NCBI RefSeq assembly: GCF_001194135.2
Contig: NC_068984.1
Coordinates: 33,729,136 to 33,777,396 of the forward strand
Reading direction: 5' to 3'
DNA length: 48,261 nt
Origin: Octopus bimaculoides
Taxonomy: Eukaryota
Position 1 is the stretch's first letter; every line of letters starts with the position of its first letter. This document shows, piece after piece, positions 11,446 through 24,699 of the stretch. Below the pieces are notes generated by a model. The model worked only from the letters and a program-made list of their open reading frames with translations. It searched no databases and was not told the origin of the DNA. A program made the translations under genes and the position numbers.

Positions 11446-13681
11446 AAAGATACAAAGCCAGTACTTTCGCGAGAAGGCACTGAATTGAACCCATCAATTC
11501 TGGTACTTCACTCGTACCTTAGTATTTTTTTGGCTCTGAAACGACGATAGGCAAAACTGACCTCAACATTACGTCAACTCAGAAGAAGCAGTAAGATAAT
11601 CTATAACAATTTTTCCAGGACAATGGCTAAAAAGATATTTAAGCCTACCAAAAGTAATGATTTACGCAGAAATGGGATGATGAAAACAAGGATAAATGGT
11701 GTTCATGTGCACAACTTCAATGGAGCTATCGGAGAGAGGTATCAAGCCAACCCCAACAGAACCCTACAAAAACCAGGTTTATCTGCACAATCATGAATAA
11801 CTTCCTAACGGCTGTACACAAAGCCTACAGTTGTTTTGAGAGTCATCTTATTCACCACTGTCAGAATTTTAACGCTCGTATTTACCAATTCAATGTGGTC
11901 AAATTTATCCACATTTAAAGCAATTAACCAGAAAGCAATGATGTATGTCCGCTCTCACTTTCCCTGCTCAGTTGAATTTAAAAGTAGGTTGACGCTGTCG
12001 ATCACATCTCCTTGCTGACATTTTACTTCAACAGATTCCACCAAACTTCGTAACTTTCTACTAATTCAGCTGTGCCTAGGGTATTGTCAATGAGCTGGTT
12101 TCTTTTCGCACTCACCATACACGGACGTACGACCAAAACTGCTGGTATGAATTGTTCTGTTCTCCGTTTTTCTCTTAGTTCACCTACCCTTGTACTAATC
12201 TTTAGATTAAAGCTACAAAGCGGCCCTTTACACCAACACAATTCATGACATAAATTTTCTGCTATTCACTACCAATGTGAATGTTCATATCAACAATGGG
12301 GCATAAATCTGGTAGAGCATTTTAAGCTTCGGGGTTCATACGAACATGCATATCCATGGAAAGTCAGAAATATACCTCTGAAATCCTTCACTTTTGTTGT
12401 TCCATATATTGTGTTACCAACTTGTGCGTACGTGTGCGCTCCAGCAACTTCACCTGCTCCTTTGCTTCCTTCTTCACTGTTAAAGACTAAAAATACAATT
12501 CCATATACTGTCCGCTTGATGATACACACGTAGTTCGACACTTTTCTGAGTTTCATCTAACTACTTCGAAGATATATGGACTATCACAGTATTTTTCGTG
12601 TAGTAGATATATATTGCTTTGTTCGATTAATTCATTGAACAAAGACCGCCTACCTTTTGTCATATACCACCACATTTTGTCTTTAGTTTGGTGTGCCAAA
12701 ATGATTTTCGTTACAAAAGTTCCCAAATTTTCTATCTATATATTTCTGGTCGTAATCGTCGCTAAAGTATTTGTGGATAGCACATCACGTTCTTCCAGAT
12801 GAGACCATACCTAATTACTTGTAAGCAATGATTCCAAAGCATAAAATATAAAATATGTCGAAAGATAAAATATTTTTCCCCTTTAGGATAATGTGGTGAA
12901 TATCAAAACATCTTAAATACTTCGTTGGCAAAATAAACAAAAGTGGACAAAATCCAAATCATGGAGGAAAATTGCTATATGACAAATAACTCGTGATACT
13001 TGACAGACAGGAAGTAAGCAGAATGAAGCTCAGTACTGGTTGAATAATTCTGGATGAAAAGAAGCAGCAATTCTGAATTTAGCTGGACTATTCTGCGCAA
13101 AAGATGCTAACATAAAGTTTACACTATGCAAACGATACGATGGGAATATAGACCCCATTGGTACTGGCTGCAGAGTCCATGTCAAGTTTGAATTCATTAC
13201 AAGACAACACACGCTTAGCTATAATCAATACCTGACATAACAAACTCTTACGAATATTAATATTCTACACGTTTGTCACCCTTAAATATAAATTAACCCA
13301 TGCTTAGAATTCCATGTAAATACATACATATTCAAATTCCAGGAAATTATTACAATAAATTTGTCTTACGATTAGTACTGTCAACCGAGAGATGCTAGTC
13401 AATAATTCTGTATTAAATAATGATTTTCCTCTAAATTTCTGGAGTTTCAATGTGATTATGCAATCACCTGTGTAACGATTACCGTAGAACATACAAGTAT
13501 TCTCTTGCGAAACTGTGAAACACGTGTAAAGGTTTTGATATTTATGCGCTTATATCAACTAATTCTGTTATATTGTGCTCTTGGGTATATATATAGTGAG
13601 AGTGAGAGAGAAAGCTAGAGAAAGTGAGAAAAAGTGAGTGATAGGAATTGAAGAAGAGAAAGAGAATGATAGTGTATACAC

Positions 13682-13716
<35 letters not shown>

Positions 13717-14234
13717 CATCTCTCTCTCTCACTGCAGATACTTATGTATGTGTGTGTATGTGTGGTATGGTGTGTGTGTGTGTTTATATACAAACTATAA
13801 TTATATAAATTCCTAGTACCATTATATTATTATATCTTACTTCTTATTTTGTTTCTGATTTCCTTTTTCGAAGCTTTGCCCCAACATATAGCTTTCAAAT
13901 TGATTGTTTTCTATCAATAATATCTGATCATTGTTATTTCCATCATAATTATTGCTTGTGTATCTCAAATAATAAACATCTGAAAATAAAAATAATATTC
14001 AACAGCAGTTTCTGTTAATCTATAGCCATTGATTACAAAACATGAATCAGTATGTATTTGCTTTAGTTGTCTTTTGAATATAGTTTCATGACTTTTTAAG
14101 GTTCGGGTTTGTTAGCATGTCATGCTAAAATAGTCACAGAAAGATTTCCAATTAAATGAATACTTATACTAACACGTTATTACTTACACTAGATATAAAG
14201 CCAAAGAAAATCTATGTATTCGTAATTTATATAT

Positions 14235-14395
14235 AAAAACGGTGTATAGTCAAATGGTTAAGAAGTTAATTTCGCTATCATAAAAGACTTAGGTTCGTTC
14301 CCATTCCATTGTATGTTGAATACGTCTTTTAACATAGCTTCAGGCAAAGCCTTCAGAGTAAAAGTGGTTAGATAGGAACTATTCAGAAGCCTCTC
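14235..14395 (+). mobile_element. Old tRNA-derived SINE, family B, 5' part
   Basis: ggtgtatagtcaaatggttaagaag..ggttcgttccca..tcttttaacatagc..aaagcc aligns loosely with the copy at 33085. Confidence 0.5.
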
Positions 14396-16523
14396 AGATA
14401 CTCCCTGTAATTCAAAAGCCACCAGTAGTTATAATGTATCACACCGATTCTGCCAGTTAATTCAATGAAAAATACGCTTGTCGATGGAAAGTTCAGAGTG
14501 TTCGAAAATTAATTCAATGAGAAGGAGAATCAGTTAATTAAAGAACTAAATAGAATTTTTTAAAATTATCTCAAATAGTTAATGTGAGAAAAACCTGAAC
14601 TCGATTACAGTTAAATAGGTGTAAATACACCGCGTCAGCTCACAGCGGCCGCTGACCAGACTGTGGAAGCTTGCATTTTGTAGTGGTCCTCTCACCTTCA
14701 GTCACAGAGGCTCGAAAGGGGGACGCTGCGAACTGAGACGAGAGATAGATCTGTCTTATGATACTCCTGTCACCTAAATAAAATACAGGATGGCAGCGCT
14801 AAGCAATGATGTGTATATATACAAACTCACACATACACACACTCACACACATATGTATACATATATACACATACATACATACATATATACATACATGCAT
14901 ACATATATACATACACATACAAGCACACATATATTGTTGACGTCATAAAAATTTAGAACCTGCATGATGTTCATGAGATATTTTTATTTTGTTTTCGGAA
15001 AAATTGAAGCTCGACGCAGTGAGACTATAAATGATACCGAGTAAATATTGGGTTGAAAAACCTTCGGATAGCTCACCAAATTTGAATGCTTATTACATTT
15101 TCCGTGATGTGATAATGTTTGGCATTTACATAGTTCTATAGAAATTGATTGAGTCAACTAACCCGTACTATTGCAAATTTATGGGTTCATAAGCGGATGT
15201 TATAAATTCTCGTATTATATTTAGTACACAGATTTGACAAAATGATTGAACGCCTCGCCGAATGCTTATGATTGTTTGGTATTTTCCCTTTACTCTTCTT
15301 ACTCAAAATTAACTGACACTGGTGTGATCTTTCCTTTATTACTGTGTCAGTACAACAATACAATAAACAAAACAAAGCGCTATACACGCTCGCTCATACA
15401 CACAAACGCACACAGACAAACACAAATACACGTGTATGTGTGTGTTCTGTGACTCTGTGTGTGTGTGTGTGTGTGTGTATGTGTGTGGTGTGTGGTATAT
15501 GTGTGCGCGCGCGTACATATGCAGTTGCTAGGAGCCATTTATGTTTAGTCAAAAGTAATCAGAGTTAATTTATTGTTGTGAGTGTTGTGCTTAAGAATCT
15601 AGTTCTCATTTGGTCTCTAAATGGGCTGAATGTTCTTGTTCCATCAATGCAATACACATTTTACAAAATGTCATCTTTTATAACCTAGTAATATTTCAAT
15701 GTTATTCTTACTTCTCAAATTTCAGGTCAGCCATGATTGAGTAGGCGTTTGATCAGGCATAGTAATGTGATTAACAAGTTCGTTTGATAGCTATGTAGTC
15801 TATCCCAACCGTTTGGTACATTATGCTACGTCTTTACTATGGTAGCCCACGAATATTCCAAAAACTTGTAATGAAATGTGGTCGACAAAAATTGCGTGAA
15901 GGGTCATTGAAAATCCTACTCCTGTCCATAAATAATAAACTTAATCGACCATACAGTTTAATACCATCCAGTAGGCTTTGAGTGTCATTAGAGAAATAAA
16001 CTCTATTGAACGATACATATCAGGACTCCAGTCTGAGTATAACTTCCTCGTTTCCTTCACCAAATGTCTTGTAAACGTTCATGTACACTGCCATTCCGCC
16101 TTGTATTAACCATTCTACATTCCTTTCAAGCAGAAAGAGTATAAAAATTACACTAATATGCTTCTCCACATTTTTAACCAGAGAGAGCTTAATTTCAGAA
16201 GGATTAGACTGGTATTTCTTCCAAGTTAAATGTAGAAGTAACCTTGTTTATTCGTATTTCTATATTTATATTGTGATTAGTTTGTGTATTATTAGAGTAT
16301 CAAATTAAATGAATTAAGGTACTTAATAATGTCAATTTGGTTGCCGAGGTCGGTAAAGTGATAGTCAGTTATGGGATTGATTTACGCTATTAACCATTCC
16401 TCCAAATGTCTATGGCCTTGTATCAGTGTAAGAAACTGTTATTTCTAGGGTAATAATATTGTTTCTCTTGCCATGTATATAACGGCCAAATGAAAACAAT
16501 CAATTCAAGTGGAGGGTGGAATT

Positions 16524-16530
16524 TGATTAC

Positions 16531-16595
<65 letters not shown>

Positions 16596-16742
16596 TAGAG
16601 AGAGAGAGAGAGGGAGAGAGAGAGAGAGAGCTGACAGGAATATATAAATATAACAGAAAGAGAGAGGAGGAGTATTTAGAGGAGAAAATATATATTGAGA
16701 GAGAAAGAGGGAGAGAGAAAGAGGGAGAGAGAGAGAAAGAGG

Positions 16743-16797
<55 letters not shown>
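16524..16797. repeat. Long (GA)n-rich polypurine tract
   Basis: Direct reading. It explains the ER- and SL-repeat ORFs in the track. Confidence 0.97.
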
Positions 16798-16800
<3 letters not shown>

Positions 16801-17849
16801 GACATAAACAGACTCCAAGGATGAAAGATAAAAGAAAAGCAGGACAGTAAACTTAGTGACTGTGAAATTATAAGACACAAAGGAAATATGAAACAAACAA
16901 CTGAAAATAAAAATGACAGCGGTATTCGTCTCTGAAGAACAACGACGTTCTTAAATTAAGGAATTTAATCACATGATGCTAAGCCGAGTATAGATAAAGA
17001 ATTAAAATATGAGATATCCTAGTGGAATTTTATACAGTAATTACAAGTTACCGACTTGAAAATAGGGAATGAATTGAGATACATATTATGACAGTTAGAA
17101 AAGTTAATATGTTTCTCATTAGTTATTTATTCCTTCCTCCTTTAATGCACGTACTGATCTTTGGTGTTAAGTGCCTTTTCTACTCAGACTTCATATATGT
17201 AGGTATTGTGCACAAAGAAGTTTCCACTAACTGGCAAGTTATAGACGATACAACAATAATCACAATAGATGCCAATCTGGCAAGATTGCTTCACACCTTT
17301 TCGCCGGCATTTGCAAACGAAATTTTGCTTCCAGAATGAATTGTTTTTTTTTTTCCCTTGTATGGTCATTAGACTCGTGCCAGGCCGGAGCACAGCTTTC
17401 AAGATTATGACTGGGTATTATTAATATCCACATGTGTTCTTACAATTCTTACAATTTTCCACTTCATTTCTTGAATGGTTAAGTTACCTTTAGCTGGATA
17501 GAGAAATTTCACAGCGAAAAAGACCGGCATAGAAGCCTCACACATTAAAATCACACAATCGCACAAGCATACGTATGACGGTATGTACCTATGTATGCAT
17601 GTATAACTAATATAATATAAGTATTGATAATCATAAGAGATAGGATTCTGCAAAAGATAAAAGAACAAATCTAAATACGTCTAATGACGGAGAGTAATAC
17701 CTATAAAATTAAACGTATGTATGCATTCACATGTTTATATATTCTGGCATTTTACTTTCCCAGCCCCACCGACGAAATTACATGAACATCACAATACTTA
17801 ACCAAGGCTACAATATACATACAATATACATACTTATATTTTGTCTATC

Positions 17850-18000
17850 TTTACGTTCTGAGTTCAAATTCCGCTGAGGTTTACTTTGCCTTTCATCCTT
17901 TAGGGGTCGATAAATTAAGTACTGTTGCGTACTGTGGTTGATCTAATCGACTGGCCCCCTCCTCCAAAATTTCAGGCCTTATGACTAGAGTAGAAAAGAA
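17850..18000 (+). mobile_element. Family A SINE, 5'-truncated
   Basis: gttctgagttcaaattccgctgagg..ggggtcgataaattaagtac..gactagagtagaaaag. Confidence 0.92.
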
Positions 18001-18484
18001 TATACATACTTAACCAAGTACTGCGTAGTAAAGCGAAACCCAGAAGTGTGAGGTTGCGAAGCAACCTTTTTAACGTGCTGCCCAACTCTACACCGTTTCC
18101 ATTTTCATCCCATTTTTTGTTGAAACAGCCACTCTTGTTTCAATCTTTGTTCCACGCACTTGTGTACATGACTAAATTGTTATCCTTTATTCTTCTTGGG
18201 CTATTGCTGTTCGTGTTAAGCTGGCGTTATTTGAATATTTTAAGACTTAAAGAGACTATTTACATCCACGGTGACGATATAGAATCAGAATAAACAAAAA
18301 CAATGTCTCTAATCGCTAGGAAGAAAATGATTTAAACAAATTGTTTCAATACTTCTGCGAAATATGTTATAAACAATATAAAATGACAATAAATTTCAAC
18401 TAACGATGGAAAAATCCCCAAGTGGAAGTGAAGTAGAACGCGTCATAAAACGGCAAAATTAAATAAATAATAACTGTTACCAAC

Positions 18485-18900
18485 TTTGGCATAAGGACAG
18501 CAGCTTTAGGAATAGAGGTTACTAGATTACACTGACCTTATTACTAACCGGTACTTAAATTCAAAAGTATAAAAGGCAAATATATCTTCAACTGCATTTA
18601 AACTCACAACGTAAATTACCAGAAGAATTGCCCTTAAATGCTGGCATGCAAGCAATTCTGTCATCTCCATATTTTGAATAATAAGGATTTAAAATTTTGG
18701 CATAAAGTCAGTAAAAGGAGAGAGTATAGTTGAATATATCAGCCCCACTACTTGAATGTACCCTATTTTATCAGCTCCGAAATGATGAGAGGAAAAGCTG
18801 ACATCGGAGTGATTTGAACTCAGTACGTAAAGAGCTAAAAGAAATAACGCTAAGTATTCCATCTTGCGAACTAACGACTATATCACGTTGCTGCCTTTAA
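18485..18900 (-). mobile_element. Two old family A SINE relics (about 18485-18610 and 18690-18900)
   Basis: Degenerate ggcataa...ggtac...ggcaaa/ggaaaag...ttgaactcag pattern. Confidence 0.6.
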
Positions 18901-19099
18901 TTGCCGAAAATTTTTGACGCAACGCTTCTGCAATCCCAACGAATAAAAACCTCTTCTCTCTGAGCTTTGTTGGGAAAACACTGAAGTAACGTGTTCGAGA
19001 TCGTGATGCTGAGGTTCCCAGTGTCGTGTGATAAACACTCTTTCATTTGTCTCTATCATTCGATTGGCTGCACTACGATCTTCAGTACCTCGGAAACTT

Positions 19100-19330
19100 T
19101 TACAGTGTTTTTATTAAAGCCCACCCTCACTTTGTCTCCACTTTGTGTGATATACCAGACAGCAATTTTGTTATTTTCCAGTATAAACAGACCACCTCCG
19201 GTTGTGGGCCTAGACTCCAATGTATCTTTAGCAGCTTTCGCACCCACTTGTCGATATCCTTTAATACATAGTTGGTCTACTCAATACTTCCTGCTGAGCA
19301 CCTTCTTAGGGATATGCCCTGAAATTGGCT
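19100..19330 (-). mobile_element. Old R4/Dong-type LINE relic, post-RT region
   Basis: Minus strand reads SAGSIE*TNYVLKDIDKWVRKLLKIH. This matches the (S)FGI.DW....L...D.K.RK.L motif seen in the better-preserved relic at about 42700. Confidence 0.5.
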
Positions 19331-20371
19331 GTATGATACCACCGCCTTCAATATGTGATACACAAACAGTAAAATGGAACTACCTGCTATACGGGGTAGG
19401 TCAGCCATTTTATTCTCATTTTCATTATATTCATTATTCATCCGATATGTTATTATGCACCTCAATGTATTGTTTGTTCTTTGATGCATGACCAGCAAAC
19501 AAGTTTCACCTTAGTCTGCTGGTTGTGGACAATAAACACATTCCATCATACCCAGCAAAATAAGCAGTGAGTTTTCATATAATAATAATAAATTTTTGTA
19601 TCGGCCACAAGGGCCCAAGAAATGGAGAATAATGATAATTTCCATTCATAGATAATATTTTCTTGTGTTTGTTAAAATGTTGGCCATAACTCGGAAAACT
19701 AAATTTTCAAAGTAAACAAGAATTGTCTATTGTGATTTCATAGAAGTGATTTGGGACTTAGTAGGATTAACGAAGATTTCTAATCTTCAAAGATATTAAC
19801 AGTAGAAGAAAGCGCCTTGAGCGAGAGATAAGCTTTCACAAGCTTATCTGTTGCTGAAAGCTAGATATTTTTTAATGGACACACGAGAATTCAAGAGTAA
19901 ATCTGTAAAAGATGCACCCACGTTTAAAACATTGCTCTTATCTTCACAGTTTTTGCCTTATATGCTAATGTTTTTATTGTTATACCCACTACGCATCTTC
20001 AGCTATTCTATATATGAAAGTTTAAACTCTGCAAATATTTATCGAAGAAGTTTTGCTTATTAATTAGTCACATAATGATGTTCCTTTGATTAGCAACGTT
20101 GTTACGTATTTCAAGTAGACTTTACCATATATTTAGGTTCCATTTTCATGTGGAAGTTATAAATTTTCTGACACCTTTTTATTTTATCATTTACATCTTT
20201 TATTGCACAGATGACAACTGAGAATGCTTTTGATGGTTTGTATTTCAGAAGTTATATGTTGAACAAAGACCAATATGCTAACAAACAGCAAAGATCTCTG
20301 CTCTATAGAAATCCTTTACCAAAAATGCTGTTATTGTTTTATGTCGTATTAGCTCCTTAATTTCACTATTC

Positions 20372-20469
20372 TTCCAACGGCCGTTGACACTTCCTTACTT
20401 TCAGCATTATTCCAACGGCCGTTGACACTTCCTTACTTTTAGCATTTTTCCAACAGCTATTGACACTTC
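20372..20469. repeat. 38-bp tandem repeat (about 2.6 copies) containing the 12-bp palindrome CAACGGCCGTTG
   Basis: Units start at 20372, 20410 and 20448. Confidence 0.92.
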
Positions 20470-21114
20470 TGAAATGACATCGGTCTGAGATAATCAATGC
20501 CTGCACCTGCACATGTTTTTTTATGATTGTATAAGCGCGATTTCAAATATCTAGGCTATAAGATATCAAATCGGGTGGTGTTAAATGTTGACGGAATTTA
20601 ACACGAATGACTTAAATTTCTATTCAAAAACTCTTCATAAACATGTTTCGCTATGAAATAGCCATTTCCAGTCTTTTTTTTTTTCACATTTGTTTTTTTA
20701 TTGTCACAATATCTTACAGACAATCGCGCTTGGAACTGAAATTATCTGTACTTCTCTAAACTGATCTTTTTTTCTAATACCTGTCTTTGGTCCCTAACCA
20801 AACTCCGATTCTTCCTGTTTGTAAATTAGAAAGTCTGTTTCGAAAATGAAAACAATGGCAAGAAAAATATATATGTAGGCATAAATCAACATCCAAGGAA
20901 GAGAAGCAAGTTAGTGACAGATATTTAAAAGGAGTGACTAGTTTATCAACAAGATTAATGATTATTCTACTTCACATCGGAAAACACTTGTCGATTGGTA
21001 GATATCAGATCGCAAGTGAGGTTCCATAGTTATTTTGCAATGTTATTTGAATGAACGTAAACATATTTTTATCATCGTCTTTGTTTGTTTGTCTTTTATC
21101 TGTTATCATTGCTT

Positions 21115-21500
21115 CCTTCAGTCATTATACTGCAATGATAGTGCGGCACCGCCTTGAAACTTTTTTACTCGAATGAATCGACCCGATTACTTAGATTTAA
21201 AGTACCGTTATTTATGCTATCATTCTCTTTTGCAGATATGCTAAATTAAGGAGACATAAACACGTCAACAGCGGTTGTCATGAAGTAGTGGGTGGGATAA
21301 ACAGAGACGCAAAGGATACACACACACACACACACACACATACGACGAACTTCTTTCAGTTTCGTCTACCAAATCTAGTCAAAAGGTTTTAGTAGGCCTT
21401 AGGCTACAGTAGAACAAATCTTCTCAAGGTACCACGCATTGAGCCTGAGAGCGAAACCATGTGGTTGAGAAGCAAACATTTTACCTCATAGCCCCTCCTA
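21115..21500 (-). mobile_element. Near full-length family B SINE (CORE-like) with internal (CA)n
   Basis: On the + strand: ggcaccgccttgaa..tcgaccc..[CA]n..cttctttcagtttcgtctaccaaat..ggctacagtagaa..caaggtaccacgc..aaccatgtggttgagaagcaaac. Confidence 0.85.
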
Positions 21501-21599
21501 AGCCTATTTGTTTTTTTTTTTTTTGTTGTTGTTTTTTTTTGTAACATCTATTCTTTCTTTACTACTGTTGTCAATCGGTCTTGAAATTTGAAGGAATTT

Positions 21600-21770
21600 T
21601 ACCTCTTTTCTTAAATATGACGTTGGAGTTCCAAATGGGATTTAAAGTACCTCCTTCTTTTCGCCTTCAATGAAGTTTCTAAACTACCAGAGCCTCTCCA
21701 GACACTTTGGCGTATGGAGAAGATGCTATCACTGAAAGTACTGCACAAACTTGAGGAAAAAGATCGCCAT
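21600..21770 (+). mobile_element. Mariner transposase N-terminal (first HTH) relic
   Basis: ..tttggcgtatggagaagatgctatcactgaaagtactgcacaa gives AYGEDAITESTAQ, similar to the mariner motif aYGe.avse.tv..W. Confidence 0.55.
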
Positions 21771-21893
21771 CACAAACTCCACGTTCCAGTTGATCTGTTC
21801 ATTTCAGTGGCGATCGATTCAACAAACTCATTGACAAGGCTCTACGCCAATCCATTAGGGATGGGTTGCTCTCATAATACCGCCATTCATCAC

Positions 21894-21931
21894 CTCTAAC
21901 CCTAACCCATAAGCCCTAATCCCTAACCCTT
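21894..21931. repeat. Degenerate (TAACCC)n telomere-like tract
   Basis: ctctaaccctaacccataagccctaatccctaaccct; a more decayed tract lies at about 22970-23015. Confidence 0.7.
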
Positions 21932-24329
21932 ATTCTATACACTAATGTACAGTTTGTCTTGTAATATTTCGCCATAATACTTCGTTCAGGATATTTTCAT
22001 TCTAAAATGACTTGCATACCTGTTCGACCGTTTCACACGATTGATTGAAACTTATTACAACTTCAAAACGTCTTAAAACATTCGTCGTCATAATGTTACG
22101 CCTTCATTTGGTTTAATCAAAATTAGTTGTAATGTTTTCGCTTTAATTTTGAGATAGACAGCTCCCCACACACAAAATCCTGTTTTCTGATTAAACATTA
22201 TGAAACTTTAAGCCTCTGTTACATTTTTCTCAAAATGAATAACAAAAACTGAAAAACAAAATAAGATTGAGCGTGAAAAATTACATTAATATGCCAAATT
22301 TGATTTAACCCAATAAAAACTGTGACACCAACAGAAAAGACCCGACAACGTGACTGAGATATTCTACCCTACCTTATCGCCATATTCTTCTGATATAGTA
22401 CACTCAGATTGTAACTTTATTCGATTGCTTTGTAAAAGTTTCCAAGCGATTCATTCAACGACGACGTGAAACTGAAAATGTGACTCCATGAATTGTTCGA
22501 GTCAAGACCCAATGATTACCTTTAAGGCATTCACCAGATGGTGAAATATTAGCAAGAAATCGCAAACAAGGAAGAATATATTATTGATTTGCTGATATTG
22601 TTGAAGAATAACTAAGGATTAAAATAAATGGAAAAAGCGAACGAATATTTTTGACAACCTAATATTTTACAGTTTGAACATAAAATCCTATCGAAATCAA
22701 CTTTACTTATTATTCAAAGGGCAATGAAATATGTATCACTCTTATACTGCAATTAATGTAATTTATATCTTCCATATAATTTATGGAAGCTTGTAGCTGA
22801 TTGTGCCTATGCTAAAATAGTGTTTTATTGGAAGATTCCAAGGGCAATAAAGTATTAAAACAAATAAAACATTGCGTTAGATAACTTAACACTTTAGCAT
22901 TATCATTGTATCTTCCAACTAATTCCAAATTCCAGTGACTCGTTCTCGTCTTTAATCTTTATTAGATCGATAAAACCTAAATGTAAAGCCTAATCGTAAT
23001 CCAAACCATAATCCCTCCAAAGAAGTTTCTAGTCTCATACCTAATAATAAAAAATATAAAAAGATTTCTATTTCTGCTATAAGGTTCCAATACGATTATA
23101 GGGTGCGCATATCTAGAATTATTGTTTAATCTGCAGATACTTTGTTCGACCAGATTATAACTCCAAAATACATTGATCCTTTTTAATTATAATTAGCATC
23201 AAGACATGCATACCAACCTGACACAAAAGCATGCTCTTCTTTGCCATGTTTACTGCAGGTATAGGAGCGCCTGTCTCTGAGCTTACTAATCTTGCGTCAC
23301 CTTCATTCACTCAGTCAACCCGACTTAATCATCCCCTTCCTTTAGTCATCCATATGTTGCACCAACCCCACACCCCACAATAAATACATCAAGATTTTAC
23401 CTAATTCCCCGAGAGGCATTTGTCACATCAAATTTATAAAAGAAGCACATTATAATCCATAGCAACAGTGTAAGTTAAAGAATTTTAGAGTCGACATTGC
23501 GGATGAAACAATTTTGTCCTCTGCAAATATCTAATTGTAAATGTTTAATTAATTATAGCTTATATTGTAATAATACTTAAACAATAAACCTCTTCATATA
23601 TCTCACTAACAATTGATGCAAAATGCCAGACAGAATATTCTCTCATGTAAAATTTAGGAATGTAGAAGTAAAACTACATTCAGTATAGAAATGAATTATC
23701 TCCCTGAATCAGCTTCAATATTCGTAGTTGTCATAATAAATTTTAAAGACGTATTGAAAGGGAAATTGACGTATTCTCAAAAAACAAGGCTATTTTAGTA
23801 ACTAAGTATTATTGATATTAAACTTCTAAGCAAGAACTATGCGCCTTTATTATTGAATCTTATTAAGAAGGTATGGCACTGTTCTCACAGTCACTGAAAA
23901 AGAATACAATCTATGCAGGTAAAACTGCATGCGTAAGAAATTCTCTTTGAAATGACATGATTTCCAGTTCAAATTCACAGCTCGAAACCTTGAGCAAGTG
24001 TCTCTGACTATAGCTTTGGGTTGATGAAAACCGCTGAGTGCAATTTGGAAGACATAGTCTGTGTTAACCTATAAAGTGGCCGTTTCTGTCCGTGGACTGA
24101 AGCCATCATATATTTTAGCACGAATGCCTAATACTTGATGTTTTCAATGTGCCTTTTACATGCATTCGGAGCTTGGCTAAGGATAGTCTTTATTTTTGCC
24201 TCTAACTAAACGATTACAAAACAGAACGAAAGAGAATCTATGTAATATACTGTAATACTGTAATTGGGTACAAAGGACCTGAATTATTGCAGCAGAGAAC
24301 AGTTTATCGAATAAATAATAATATATTCT

Positions 24330-24603
24330 TTTCTACTCAAGGCATAAGGCCCGAAATTTGGGGGGAGGGGGTTATTCGATTAGATCGACATTAGTACGCA
24401 ACTGGTACTTAATTTATCGACCTCGAAAGGATGAAAGGCAATGTCAACTTCGGCGCAATTTGAACTCGGAACATAAAGACAGACGAAATACTGCAAAGCA
24501 TTTCGCCCGGCGTTCTAACGTTTATTGCCCACAAAGAGCTACACAGAGAGGGAACAAACAAGGACAGACAAACGTGCTAACGTTTCTGCCAGCTCACCGC
24601 CTT
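24330..24603 (-). mobile_element. Full-length family A SINE whose head is interrupted by a 49-bp insertion
   Basis: Complete head, core and tail on the minus strand. The insert at 24524-24572 lies between duplicated cgt(t/g)ctaacgttt. Confidence 0.9.
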
Positions 24604-24699
24604 ACAGGAGCAAGTATTTATTATACAAACTAAATTATGTGTTTCACGATCGATTCCTACGAAAGTTTAGTTTAGTATTTATGTCAAAGATGTTTCTCT

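Noticed and set aside
15750-16240. Possible APE endonuclease relic on the minus strand (GGMAVYM, MYRS, DYIAIKR)
   Set aside because: The motifs are too short and in different frames to support by eye.
18991-19491. 166-aa plus-strand ORF, the longest ORF free of microsatellite or N-gap sequence
   Set aside because: It is the antisense of a LINE relic, and no protein family is recognisable on the plus strand.
20372-20469. CRISPR-like array
   Set aside because: Eukaryotic context, repeated rather than unique spacers, under three units, no cas genes.
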